This document shows positions 1 to 9,362 of a DNA stretch of 64,000 bases, in pieces. The notes beneath the pieces are model-generated. The model did not search any database, had not been told where the DNA came from, and worked only from the letters and a program-made list of their open reading frames with translations. Source of the DNA: Cloacimonetes bacterium SCGC AAA252-N17. Lineage in GTDB: Bacteria > Cloacimonadota > Cloacimonadia > JGIOTU-2. The DNA lies in the NCBI GenBank assembly GCA_000404785.1, contig ASNI01000004.1, positions 4,047 to 68,046 of the forward strand, given 5' to 3'. Made by a program: the position numbers and the translations under genes. How positions within the stretch are numbered: position 1 is the first letter of the stretch; the number at the start of each line of letters is the position of its first letter.

Positions 1-325
1 AAATAGCCAGAACGGATGGATGTGACACGGTTGAGCAAATGAAATGCTTTCCCTTTTCTTTATTCGCCTGCAGTATGCCCTGAATGGCGATATTATTCGC
101 ATCGGTTCCGCCGGAAGTAAAAGTTATCTCTTCCGATTTTGCATTCATTGAATGTGCAACTGTTTCCTGCCCCTGCTCGATCACTTCTGCGATCTCGGTT
201 CCAATGCTTGTAAATGATCCTGGATACCAATATTTATCTGTCAAATAGGGCATCATTGCGTGTAATACTTCAGGCGCCATGCGAGATGTTTTACAGCTGT
301 CGAGATAAACTTCCTTACCGCTCAT
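1..325 (-). CDS. nifS: Cysteine desulfurase NifS/IscS; N-terminal part only, the gene continues beyond the window start
   Basis: Minus-strand translation from the ATG at 325..323 gives MSGKEVYLDSCKTSRMAPEVLHAMMPYLTDKYW...FTSGGTDANNIAIQG, the typical class V aminotransferase / NifS N-terminus. It lies directly downstream of the Rrf2 (IscR-like) regulator gene on the same strand. Confidence 0.8.
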   Translation of the reverse strand, partial: MSGKEVYLDSCKTSRMAPEVLHAMMPYLTDKYWYPGSFTSIGTEIAEVIEQGQETVAHSMNAKSEEITFTSGGTDANNIAIQGILQANKEKGKHFICSTVSHPSVLAI

Positions 326-336
326 CGAACACTCAG

Positions 337-768
337 TTATTTTTCTTTTTCAAGAAAGTCAGCAAGTGTGTAGGATTCAAGAAAGTCATTAATATGAGTA
401 TTAAAATTATTCCAGAAATCCTGGAAAGAGCAATCGTCAATAAACTCACAGAGCTTCTCTGTTTTGCGTTCGGTACAGCTATGAATATTAGTTCTGCCGT
501 CAACCGCTTTGATGATATCTTTAGTAGTTATCTTATCAGGATCGCGGGTAAGCATATAGCCACCTGTGCGTCCCTTTACAGATTTAACGATCCCGCCTAT
601 TCTCATTCTTCTGAAAAGCTTCTCGAGATATTTGTTAGGAATTTTCCTCTTGGTTGCTATCTTTACAATAGAATAAGGTGCCTCCCTATCCTGGTATGCA
701 AGTTCCTGAAGAGCTCGCAAACAGTAGTCGGTATCAATCGATATTTTCATTATGACCTCCATGATCAT
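337..768 (-). CDS. Rrf2 family transcriptional regulator (IscR-like)
   Basis: 143 aa. Has an N-terminal winged helix-turn-helix (MKISIDTDYCLRALQELA...PYSIVKIATKRKIPNKYLEKLFRRMRIGGIVKSVKGRTGGYML) and several Cys residues in the C-terminal half. Sits immediately upstream of nifS. An alternative start is the internal MKIS at position 750. Confidence 0.8.
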   Translation of the reverse strand: MIMEVIMKISIDTDYCLRALQELAYQDREAPYSIVKIATKRKIPNKYLEKLFRRMRIGGIVKSVKGRTGGYMLTRDPDKITTKDIIKAVDGRTNIHSCTERKTEKLCEFIDDCSFQDFWNNFNTHINDFLESYTLADFLEKEK

Positions 769-794
769 ATTTTACTAAAACATACAAATCCAGT

Positions 795-1607
795 ATGCGA
801 ACGTCAATAAAAATGATAAAAACTTCAAATTTAAAATATTCATACTCCGAGAAACCTGTTCTGGATAATATTTCATTCACTGTGAACAGTAATGATTTTG
901 TTGGCTTGATCGGACCGAATGGCTCCGGCAAGTCAACTCTCATTAAGTGCCTGTGTGGTTACATAAGTGACTATCAGGGAGATATTTACCTTCATAATAT
1001 TCCGCTTTCTGATTACTCGGATATTGAACGTGCACGTAAGGTTTCGGTTGTGGTACAGCAACCACACTTTGAGTTCGATTTTACCGTTCGGGATGTCGTG
1101 CTGATGGGAAAATATCCCTATCTCGGTTTTTGGCAAAATTACACAAATAAGCAAATTGTCCAAACCGAAAACATCCTAAATGAACTCAATATCCATCATC
1201 TTTCCGGTCGCCATATCAGTGAACTGAGCGGTGGAGAGTTTCAACTTATCATGATCGCCATGGCGCTTAATCAGAACACGGATATTCTTCTTTTTGATGA
1301 GCCGGCATCCCATCTTGATATTCATCATCAGATAGGAATTTTCTCACTCTTGCAAAAACAAAATAAGGAACAGAACAAAACTATTTTAGCAGTTTCTCAT
1401 AATATCAATCTCGCTGCAGAATTTTGTAATAAGATACTCATTCTGGATAATGGGCACATTGTTGCTTATGGCAAAACTGAGGATGTTCTGAAAAAAGAAG
1501 AATTAAAAAATGTATTTCACGTTCCGATCGAAGTTACAAGAAATCCATTCACGGGAAAGCCGAATATACTTTATAATTATGCTCAAAATGAAAGTCCTGA
1601 TGAGTAA
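795..1607 (+). CDS. ABC transporter ATP-binding protein (iron-siderophore / cobalamin FepC/BtuD-like)
   Basis: Walker A motif GPNGSGKST, ABC signature LSGGEFQL, and Walker B motif ILLFDEP. An alternative start is at 813. Confidence 0.85.
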   Translation: MRTSIKMIKTSNLKYSYSEKPVLDNISFTVNSNDFVGLIGPNGSGKSTLIKCLCGYISDYQGDIYLHNIPLSDYSDIERARKVSVVVQQPHFEFDFTVRDVVLMGKYPYLGFWQNYTNKQIVQTENILNELNIHHLSGRHISELSGGEFQLIMIAMALNQNTDILLFDEPASHLDIHHQIGIFSLLQKQNKEQNKTILAVSHNINLAAEFCNKILILDNGHIVAYGKTEDVLKKEELKNVFHVPIEVTRNPFTGKPNILYNYAQNESPDE

Positions 1608-3717
1608 ATTATTTATTGTCATTTCTATTCTTTTCATACTACCTACACTTGTTTTAGCAGATATTCAGGGGCGCGTCCTCAGCGGAAAAACAGGCAAGCC
1701 GATACAGTATGCGTTAGTAAAAACTGCTCATGCCGATCATATTACACTTTCAGATAATAATGGCATGTTCTTATTGCCCAGCTGCGAAATTCCATGTAGA
1801 ATAATTATATCATCACAAGGTTATGAGACAAGAGAATTTACTGTTAACGACCCAAAAGGCAATATCATTTATCTTTCAATTGACCCCATTAGAATACAGG
1901 GATTGAATGTAAGCACAGAAAAAGCAACTTCGCTCAAATTATCCTCTACAGATGTTGAAATACTCACTCCCGAAAATCTCGGACAAATTGGCACACAGGA
2001 ATTTGTTTTATCTCATCCTGGATTACTTCTAAAAGAAAGTGCAACCGGTGAGAAGCAACTGCAGCTTCATGCTTATGAACCGCGTCATTGTGTCTATCTT
2101 ATAGACGGCATGAAAACAGACAATTCAGCTGGAAACACAGTTACCTCAATTCCCATAAACTTGATCGATCACGTAGAAGTTATCTCTCATAATGCAGGTA
2201 GCACATCCGGGGAATCGGCAATCGGTGGTATTGTGAACATAGTGCTGAAAAAATCCCGCTCACATCTTCACAATCATGATCTCACCTTTCATTCCGGAAA
2301 TTGGGCAAATTATTCACTAAATTATCAAAACAATCTTGCTTTTGGAAATTCTTCCGTGTTATGCAATCTTTATGGTCATAGAGCAAAAAACAATTTCAGC
2401 TATTATAATGAACAGGAAGAAAAAACGGTCAGACGAACAAACAATGATATTACTGATGGCTCTCTTGCTTTTCAATTCCGGACAAACCTGAAAGAGAACC
2501 TCACTTCTGACTTTTCTCTGCTTTATTATAAAGCCAATAAAGGTATTCCCGGGCAGTCCACCGATTATGTGTGGTTCGAAAACGCACGAGCAAGGGCAGA
2601 TAGGGTACATATTAAAAATGAATTACACCTCCCGTTTGGGAAAAACGATTTCACGAGTTCTCTCTTTTATCAATTTAACAAAAGCAATTATGAAAATGAT
2701 ACTGAAAATCCCTTTTATGCATACAACTCGGCAAATACAACTTCTGCATTTGAAGCTCAAATAAAATTGAACACAAAAGGTTCTATTCTGTTTTCGATCT
2801 CAAATTGTGGTTTGCGATATGAAACTTACAAATATGATGACCATCTCCATCCTGAAAGTTCGATATCTCAAAAAGATAGAACTTTCCTCTATCTATCAAA
2901 CGAAACTTCATGTCCATTTTCTCTTGGACCGCAGGAATTTTCACTCATTCCTTCCCTTCGTGCTGACTATTTTATCGATGATGATGTCTATCTGTCATCT
3001 CACCTTACGCTTGAATATCCAGCACAATCTGGGATTTTTCAGATGAGTATTTCAGGAGGAAACTCTTTTGCAATGCCGGAATTCAGCTCACTTTTCTGGA
3101 AAGGTGACTCACGCGTGCAGGGAAACCCCGATCTTGATCCTGAACGTTCCTATGGCATGAGCAGCAATGCAAAAATGAAGGTTGGCACATTAATACTTGC
3201 TGGTGAAACATATTTCAACCGCATTGAAAATCTCATCTATTGGTATAGAAGCGCACTTGGAGTGTGGAAGCCGGAAAATCTTGCCGATGCTGAACTCTAT
3301 GGCTTTTCGGGTTCTCTGAACTGGGAGGTTTTTAAGAATTTTGAAATTGAATGTGACGGTTCAAGAAACTACCCTGTCAACAAGACAACATCTTCCGATC
3401 ATTATGATAAATATCTTACGAATAAACCGCTTCATAAAGTGCAGGGAAAGGTATCATACTCATTTATGAATATTAAACTCTTTGCATCAATCCTCGATGT
3501 CGGCAAACAATATGATAATTTTAGCAATACCGTTGTAATTGATGGTTATACCACTTATGATGCGGGTTTGCATTTAACATCTCAAATAGGCAAAAAAATC
3601 AACGCTTCGATAACTTTTCGCATAAATAATATCTTTAATGTACAATACGAAACTTCAAGAAATGTTCCCTCGCCTGGAATAAATTATGAACTATCCTGCA
3701 TAATATCTTACAGATAG
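1588..3717 (+). CDS. TonB-dependent outer-membrane receptor with an N-terminal carboxypeptidase-regulatory-like domain
   Basis: Signal peptide MKVLMSKLFIVISILFILPTLVLA. Has a CarbopepD_reg-like DIQGRVLSGKTGKPIQYALV motif followed by plug and barrel regions. The C-terminus ends in an aromatic-rich beta-barrel stretch. Its start overlaps the end of the ABC ATPase gene. Confidence 0.75.
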   Translation: MKVLMSKLFIVISILFILPTLVLADIQGRVLSGKTGKPIQYALVKTAHADHITLSDNNGMFLLPSCEIPCRIIISSQGYETREFTVNDPKGNIIYLSIDPIRIQGLNVSTEKATSLKLSSTDVEILTPENLGQIGTQEFVLSHPGLLLKESATGEKQLQLHAYEPRHCVYLIDGMKTDNSAGNTVTSIPINLIDHVEVISHNAGSTSGESAIGGIVNIVLKKSRSHLHNHDLTFHSGNWANYSLNYQNNLAFGNSSVLCNLYGHRAKNNFSYYNEQEEKTVRRTNNDITDGSLAFQFRTNLKENLTSDFSLLYYKANKGIPGQSTDYVWFENARARADRVHIKNELHLPFGKNDFTSSLFYQFNKSNYENDTENPFYAYNSANTTSAFEAQIKLNTKGSILFSISNCGLRYETYKYDDHLHPESSISQKDRTFLYLSNETSCPFSLGPQEFSLIPSLRADYFIDDDVYLSSHLTLEYPAQSGIFQMSISGGNSFAMPEFSSLFWKGDSRVQGNPDLDPERSYGMSSNAKMKVGTLILAGETYFNRIENLIYWYRSALGVWKPENLADAELYGFSGSLNWEVFKNFEIECDGSRNYPVNKTTSSDHYDKYLTNKPLHKVQGKVSYSFMNIKLFASILDVGKQYDNFSNTVVIDGYTTYDAGLHLTSQIGKKINASITFRINNIFNVQYETSRNVPSPGINYELSCIISYR

Positions 3718-3728
3718 AAAGGAAAAAA

Positions 3729-5093
3729 ATGAAAAAAAATCTACTTCTTATTAGTCTGCTTGGTATGCTAGTTTTGTTTTCACCTCTTTGTGGTCATGAT
3801 GTGTATATTGTGAACAGCAATGACGAAACGCTTTCGCATTATGATACGGTCACACAGATTTTAGAAAATCACATACTCCAACTCGGGCAGTATGCTAATC
3901 AAATTATCGTTCAGGACAGCATAGCATACGTGGTGAATTCAGGAGTGCACAACATACAGATCATCGATCTTGAAACCGAGACGACTCTTGATCACATCCA
4001 GTGTCCAAATGGCTCAAATCCTTACTGGATGGTACTGCATCCCAACGGCGATAAGGCATATGTGAGCGGTCTTTTTACTAATACTGTGTATGTTGTCGAT
4101 CTCATTGAAAAATCTATTGTAAATTCCCTGTCAGTTGGATCGGCGCCCGAAGGAATGGTTGTGTATGATGATAAATTATATGTTATGAATACTACTTACG
4201 GCTCATCTCAAGGAAGTGTAACTGTTATAGACACGAATAATGACTCTGTTATTGATCAGATTACTGTTGGGAACAATCCACAGTTTGGTGCGGTCGATGC
4301 AATGGGAAGATTGCATGTTGTATGTACCGGGAATTACGGCTACGGCAGTCCCCCAGTTTGGGGAAAAATTTACATAATAAATACTACAAATCATGAAGTA
4401 ATCACAACCATGGAAATCGGTGACTCGCCGACCAAAATTGCCATCCATCCAAACGGCACTGCTTATCTTGCAGATGGATTTGGACTCGGATATATGGCGT
4501 ATAATTCAATTGATCTTTCAATTATTCATTCCTCAACCGAGCTATGGGCTAGCGGTGGGAGCTTCATTCATTTTGACGAGAACAGCATACTCTATCTTGG
4601 TGATTCTGTTGACTGGGTCAATAATGGAAAAGTATATATCTATTCTGAAAACGAGGAGCTTCTTCACACACTTACAGTCGGTGTCAATCCGCAAGATGCG
4701 GGATTTTACTATCCGGGAACAGGCGTAGATATTCCTCATCATGAAAGTGTTACTGCCTACAATTATCCCAATCCATTCTCGAACTCGACCACAATATACT
4801 TCAATCTAACCACCCGGCTTCACTGCGCTACGCCGTGGCAGGCAGAGAGCACTCCGATACAGTCATTCTTCCTTACGGGGCAGGCAGAGAACACAGAGAT
4901 TAATATCTTCAACTTAAAGGGACAACTTGTGCGCGAACTTCTCCCCATCTCACCCTCGCCAGATCTCTCTATCTCAGTTACGTGGGATTGTACAGACAAT
5001 AACGGTAAAAAAGTTCCAGGCGGAGTTTATCTTTACAAAATTATTTCTGATGAAATAGAAACGACATTTCAAAAAATGATCTATCTGAAATAA
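3729..5093 (+). CDS. Secreted YVTN-type beta-propeller repeat protein with a T9SS C-terminal sorting domain
   Basis: Signal peptide MKKNLLLISLLGMLVLFSPLCG. Contains repeated roughly 40-aa YVTN-like units (KAYVSGLFTNTVYVVDL, KLYVMNTTY...VTVIDT). The C-terminal block YPNPFSNSTTIYF...GVYLYKI...KMIYLK is a type-A T9SS sorting domain. Confidence 0.75.
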   Translation: MKKNLLLISLLGMLVLFSPLCGHDVYIVNSNDETLSHYDTVTQILENHILQLGQYANQIIVQDSIAYVVNSGVHNIQIIDLETETTLDHIQCPNGSNPYWMVLHPNGDKAYVSGLFTNTVYVVDLIEKSIVNSLSVGSAPEGMVVYDDKLYVMNTTYGSSQGSVTVIDTNNDSVIDQITVGNNPQFGAVDAMGRLHVVCTGNYGYGSPPVWGKIYIINTTNHEVITTMEIGDSPTKIAIHPNGTAYLADGFGLGYMAYNSIDLSIIHSSTELWASGGSFIHFDENSILYLGDSVDWVNNGKVYIYSENEELLHTLTVGVNPQDAGFYYPGTGVDIPHHESVTAYNYPNPFSNSTTIYFNLTTRLHCATPWQAESTPIQSFFLTGQAENTEINIFNLKGQLVRELLPISPSPDLSISVTWDCTDNNGKKVPGGVYLYKIISDEIETTFQKMIYLK

Positions 5094-5094
5094 T

Positions 5095-6384
5095 ATGAAC
5101 TATACGGAATTTCTAAAAGAAATATTTGCAAAAACTGCAATAGACAGGAAAATTGAACTCACAAGGATAAAAAAATTCCTCGATGAGATCGGCAATCCGG
5201 AAAAGAAAATACAGGGAATTCATGTTGCCGGAACGAACGGTAAAGGTTCCACGTGTGCTGCAGTTGAGTCAATTTTACATGCTCATGATTTCTCAGTTGG
5301 ACTCAATACATCGCCACATCTTGTTGATTACAAAGAACGTTTCCGCATCAATAAGAAAGAAATTATTCCCGAAGAACTGCTCGAATTGTATCTCAAGAGA
5401 AAGGAAGCCCACGAAAGATGCGATACCACCTATTTTGAGATTTCAACTGCAATTGCCTTTGAACTGTTTTATCAAAAAGGAATTGATTTCTCTATTATGG
5501 AGGTCGGGCTCGGCGGACGGCTAGATGCGAGTGTTTTGCTTCATGCAGTTATAACTGTCATTACAAATATCGAATATGACCATACAAAATCGTTGGGTAA
5601 AACTTTGCCGAAGATAGCAATCGAAAAAGCAGGAATTCTAAAAAGCAGAATACCACTTGTTCTTGGTGCAACACGCCCCTCAGCGCGAAAGGCAATTCTG
5701 CAAAAAGCAAAATATCTCCATTGCCCGGTCACAGAGTATTCTAAAACAGTTACTATATCTCATGAAAGATATAATGAAAATGGTATTTTTTATAACATCT
5801 CGATTCCATCATACGATATAAACTGTTCGCACATACACTGCAATCTTGCGGGAGCGCATCAGGTTGGAAATACTGCTCTAGCGGTTCTCACGTGTGCTGT
5901 GCTTTCAAAAATGTATGGATTTCAACTTGATGAGGATAAAACAAGGAATGCACTGCACTCTGTTGTCTGGAATGGGCGCTTGCAAAAGATTGGAAAAAAT
6001 CCTACAATCATTCTAGACGGAGCTCATAATCCTGCAGGAATGAGACAGCTCGTTCAGAACATCAAATCAATATATAAATACAAACGGCTCATAGTTATTC
6101 TGGGTATTCTGTATGATAAAAATATCAAGAAAATGGTCAGCATAATTTCCGAGATCGCAGATATTATTGTCATCAGCAAATCCCAATCCCACAGAGCTGC
6201 TGCGGTTGAAACTCTTGAGAAAGAAGTTAAGAAAACAGGTGTCTGTTACTATAAAGAGCCGGACAGCATTTCTGCCTTTGAACATGCAAAACGAATCGCA
6301 GATAAGGATGATCTCATCTGTGTGAGTGGTTCTTTATATACGATTGGTGAGGTGCTGGCATATCATCAGAAAGAGTTTATCTGA
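5095..6384 (+). CDS. folC: Bifunctional folylpolyglutamate synthase / dihydrofolate synthase
   Basis: Mur-ligase family P-loop GIHVAGTNGKGST. Its 429-aa length is typical of FolC, and it retains the Mur-ligase C-terminal domain. Confidence 0.85.
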   Translation: MNYTEFLKEIFAKTAIDRKIELTRIKKFLDEIGNPEKKIQGIHVAGTNGKGSTCAAVESILHAHDFSVGLNTSPHLVDYKERFRINKKEIIPEELLELYLKRKEAHERCDTTYFEISTAIAFELFYQKGIDFSIMEVGLGGRLDASVLLHAVITVITNIEYDHTKSLGKTLPKIAIEKAGILKSRIPLVLGATRPSARKAILQKAKYLHCPVTEYSKTVTISHERYNENGIFYNISIPSYDINCSHIHCNLAGAHQVGNTALAVLTCAVLSKMYGFQLDEDKTRNALHSVVWNGRLQKIGKNPTIILDGAHNPAGMRQLVQNIKSIYKYKRLIVILGILYDKNIKKMVSIISEIADIIVISKSQSHRAAAVETLEKEVKKTGVCYYKEPDSISAFEHAKRIADKDDLICVSGSLYTIGEVLAYHQKEFI

Positions 6385-6414
6385 CTAATTCAAATTCTTT
6401 GCCTGATTTTCCTT
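6350..6414. repeat. Direct repeat copy 1, covering the folC 3' end and stop codon
   Basis: The sequence tatcatcagaaagagtttatctgactaattcaaattctttgcctgattttcctt recurs with 3 mismatches at 6783..6845. Confidence 0.8.
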
Positions 6415-6782
6415 CATGTGGGGGTCGAGTATCCTTTTAAAATCTTTGCCCGTAATACTTTTGTAAATTCCTTCAATTAAGAATGATATGAACTCTCAAC
6501 GAAGGATGAATCTGCATCTACACAGTTTTTATTATAACCATTGTCATTCTTGAGCACATTCGCTTTACTCAGTATAAACTACGCGAAGAATCTATTTTTT
6601 ATAGATAGAGACCGTTTTGGGAGTGTTATTCTCACGGAAACGGGAATCTAGCTGATTGCTTTTCTGGATTCCCAATCAAGTTGGGAATGACATTCCTTTT
6701 TGATTTGGAGTTGACGACTATGTCGTCTTACAATGAGTAAACAACTAAACTCAACTCGAGTTTTCAAATATACTATTTGTGA

Positions 6783-6845
6783 AGTACTTGCCTATCATCA
6801 AAAGAGTTTATCCGATTAATTCAAATTCTTTGCCTGATTTTCCTT
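6783..6845. repeat. Direct repeat copy 2, a degenerate duplicate of the folC 3' end
   Basis: The sequence tatcatcaaaagagtttatccgattaattcaaattctttgcctgattttcctt. It is separated from copy 1 by about 380 bp of non-coding DNA. Confidence 0.8.
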
Positions 6846-6850
6846 ACATT

Positions 6851-7648
6851 TTATATCATTTTTCTTTTAACGAACTGATAAATAAAAAACGAACTTATCA
6901 AAGAAACAATAAATGAAATCATTGTTCCCCAGAGCAATCCCACACTCCCATAAAGATATCGCACTGCAACTGCATAAGCTAGCACATTCACCGGACCGCT
7001 TACGGTTATTATTTTGAGGACTGCGATAGAAAAATTGGTTCCATGAGAAAAATACGTAATGATCATTGTAGATAACATCACAGCGGGAAATGCAGAAAAC
7101 ATACCGCCCACAAGAGGTCCGGCGACCTTTGCCATCAGTACTGCAAATGTTATGATAGAGCCACTCAAAATTCCTCTTATGAGTAAGATCGGCGCAGTAT
7201 GTTTCGTATGTTTTTTCGATTCAGAAGGAAAGGTGTTTCGTTTTTCTAATATGTAAAATGAAAGTGCTACAAGCACAACGAAACCAATCAATGAAATCAA
7301 GAAATTATTGAATCTTACTAATGCAAGAATTAATGACGCAACCGCCCAGAAAAGAAGCGCACCGCCGAGCGCAACATAAAAATGTCTATTTCTAAGAAGT
7401 GCATACACAACCACAAAAAGTGCATCGATTCCCATAATAATTGGCACGACAGTTGTTGCCTTGGATGCAATTATCGGAGACTGTGTCCACCCGATGAAGA
7501 AAAGAGAGATTATGACGGTGCTTGGAATTCCCGCAATAACTCCACCGAGCTTTGAACCAAACCTCTCTGCAATGATCGTTGCAAAGGTAATCCAGATCCC
7601 TCCGATAATAAAACTCAGCAGAATCTTAAGCAGAAAAGTATGATCCAT
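6851..7648 (-). CDS. Integral membrane protein with about 8 TM helices and an internally duplicated (tandem DUF3147-like) organisation; function unknown
   Basis: 265 aa and almost entirely hydrophobic helices. The two halves resemble each other (…GIPSTVIISLFFIGW… and …AFPAVMLSTMIITYF…). Confidence 0.6.
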   Translation of the reverse strand: MDHTFLLKILLSFIIGGIWITFATIIAERFGSKLGGVIAGIPSTVIISLFFIGWTQSPIIASKATTVVPIIMGIDALFVVVYALLRNRHFYVALGGALLFWAVASLILALVRFNNFLISLIGFVVLVALSFYILEKRNTFPSESKKHTKHTAPILLIRGILSGSIITFAVLMAKVAGPLVGGMFSAFPAVMLSTMIITYFSHGTNFSIAVLKIITVSGPVNVLAYAVAVRYLYGSVGLLWGTMISFIVSLISSFFIYQFVKRKMI

Positions 7649-7675
7649 AAACTTTTAGACTATAGCACCTCGAAT

Positions 7676-9331
7676 TTATTGAATATTATAGATAAAGCGT
7701 TTTATCTTTTTAGTCGGTGTCTTTTCAAACTCTTCAGGGTAAAGCTCAAATTTGGAGATGAAGCTGTAGGCAGGAAATATCTGGTTGATGTCTTTTCTGT
7801 TCTGCTCCATTATGTCTTCGATCTGCGTTTCAGAAGTGTGCTCTGAATCTATCTTTTCAAAGTCTGCATACACGAGTGCTACAAGTTTTCCGTTTTTCTC
7901 AATAACAAGAGATTCCTGAACATAAGGTAGGTTGTTTATTTTTGCTTCCAGTTCTTCGGGATATATATTCTGTCCTGCTGAGCTGAGCATCATACTTTTT
8001 GCACGACCTTTAATAAAGATGAAATTGTCTTCGTCTATCAAACCGAGATCTCCAGTATGTAACCAGCCATCTTCATCAATTGCAGCAGATGTCGCTTCTG
8101 CGTTTTTGTAATAGCCATCCATTACGACCTCACCTCGAACAAGAATTTCTCCTACAATATTTTTGGGATCTTCAGAATCAATTTTGGCTTCCAGGAAATT
8201 TATTGTCTGTCCGCAGGAACCAGCTTTGTGGATTTTCCAGTCTGAATAGCTAATGAGCGGTCCGCACTCAGTCATACCGTAACCAATAGTAATAGGAAAT
8301 TTGATGTTTTGGAAAAAAGCTTCGGATTCTTCATTCAATGCTGCACCGCCGACTACGATTTCGTAGAAATTATCACCAAATGCAGTAACCAGTTTTTTTT
8401 TGATCTTATTTTTGATCACGGATTTCAATCCGGGTAGTGCCAACAGCACTTTCATGCTTCCTTTATCAAGAACCGGCTTAACCTGTTTGCGATATATTTT
8501 CTCAATTATGAGCGGCACTGAGAGAATAAGATGAGGTTTCACATCTGAAAATGCTTTCATGATGATCTTTGGGGAAGGTAGTTTTGTAAGAAATGTAATA
8601 TGACAACCAAGTGTGAAAGGGAATAGAAATTCAAAAGCACAACCGTATGCGTGAGCGAGCGGCAGGAAGGAGAGAATGCGTTCTCCGGCTTTGAGCGGCA
8701 TGTGCTCATGAGCATACACGATATTCCCGATCAAGCTGTTATGTGAGAGCATCACACCCTTTGAAAAACCAGTCGTGCCTGAAGTATATACAATGGCTGC
8801 CAGTTTGTCATTTGCGATTTTTTCAAACGTGAAAGAGCTTGGTGTAAGATTTTGTGCAAATTCAGTATCCCATTGAATTGCCGCTTTTGTGATGTTTTCT
8901 TTGAGAGATTTGTGCTTTTGGTAGAGAATTGAGAAATCTTCCAGTGCAAAAATGACATTGATGTTCGGAATTTTATTTTCATCAATATCCTCATAAAGCC
9001 CATCTCCTACAAACAGCATTTCAGAATCTGAGTGATTTAGAATATGGTGAATATCATCAGCTTTGAAATCCGCAAGGATCGGCACAATAACTGTACCGTA
9101 TGTGACCGCAGCAAGATACGTAATTGCCCAGTTCGTTGAGTTTTTTCCCAGCACTGCGATCTTAGTTCCTTTTTTCAGGTCAAGTGCCTTGAATATATGA
9201 TGAAGCTTCAGTACCTCGCTTGCGGTTTGCCCGTAGGTGAGTGTGCTCCCCCCGTAATTTGTAAATGCCTTTAGATCCCAATTCTCTTTGATCCCCTTCT
9301 CAATATAATCAATAAGGTTTTCTTTTAACAT
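7676..9331 (-). CDS. AMP-forming long-chain fatty acid--CoA ligase
   Basis: AMP-binding motif YTSGTTGFSKGVMLSH, the motif GYGMTECG, and a C-terminal PTKKIKR lysine motif. Confidence 0.85.
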   Translation of the reverse strand: MLKENLIDYIEKGIKENWDLKAFTNYGGSTLTYGQTASEVLKLHHIFKALDLKKGTKIAVLGKNSTNWAITYLAAVTYGTVIVPILADFKADDIHHILNHSDSEMLFVGDGLYEDIDENKIPNINVIFALEDFSILYQKHKSLKENITKAAIQWDTEFAQNLTPSSFTFEKIANDKLAAIVYTSGTTGFSKGVMLSHNSLIGNIVYAHEHMPLKAGERILSFLPLAHAYGCAFEFLFPFTLGCHITFLTKLPSPKIIMKAFSDVKPHLILSVPLIIEKIYRKQVKPVLDKGSMKVLLALPGLKSVIKNKIKKKLVTAFGDNFYEIVVGGAALNEESEAFFQNIKFPITIGYGMTECGPLISYSDWKIHKAGSCGQTINFLEAKIDSEDPKNIVGEILVRGEVVMDGYYKNAEATSAAIDEDGWLHTGDLGLIDEDNFIFIKGRAKSMMLSSAGQNIYPEELEAKINNLPYVQESLVIEKNGKLVALVYADFEKIDSEHTSETQIEDIMEQNRKDINQIFPAYSFISKFELYPEEFEKTPTKKIKRFIYNIQ

Positions 9332-9362
9332 GGCTACTCCTTCTTACTTTTCTGCTAAAAAA

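Noticed and set aside
214-810. 198-aa plus-strand ORF overlapping the Rrf2 gene.
   Set aside because: It is antisense to a well-supported Rrf2 regulator and has low-complexity, stop-avoiding AT-rich sequence. No motifs.
6415-6440. The 'gggggtcga' start of the folC-downstream insert looked like a tmRNA 5' end.
   Set aside because: No tRNA-like 3' domain (GGTTCGAATCC T-arm, CCA) and no tag-peptide reading frame follow it.
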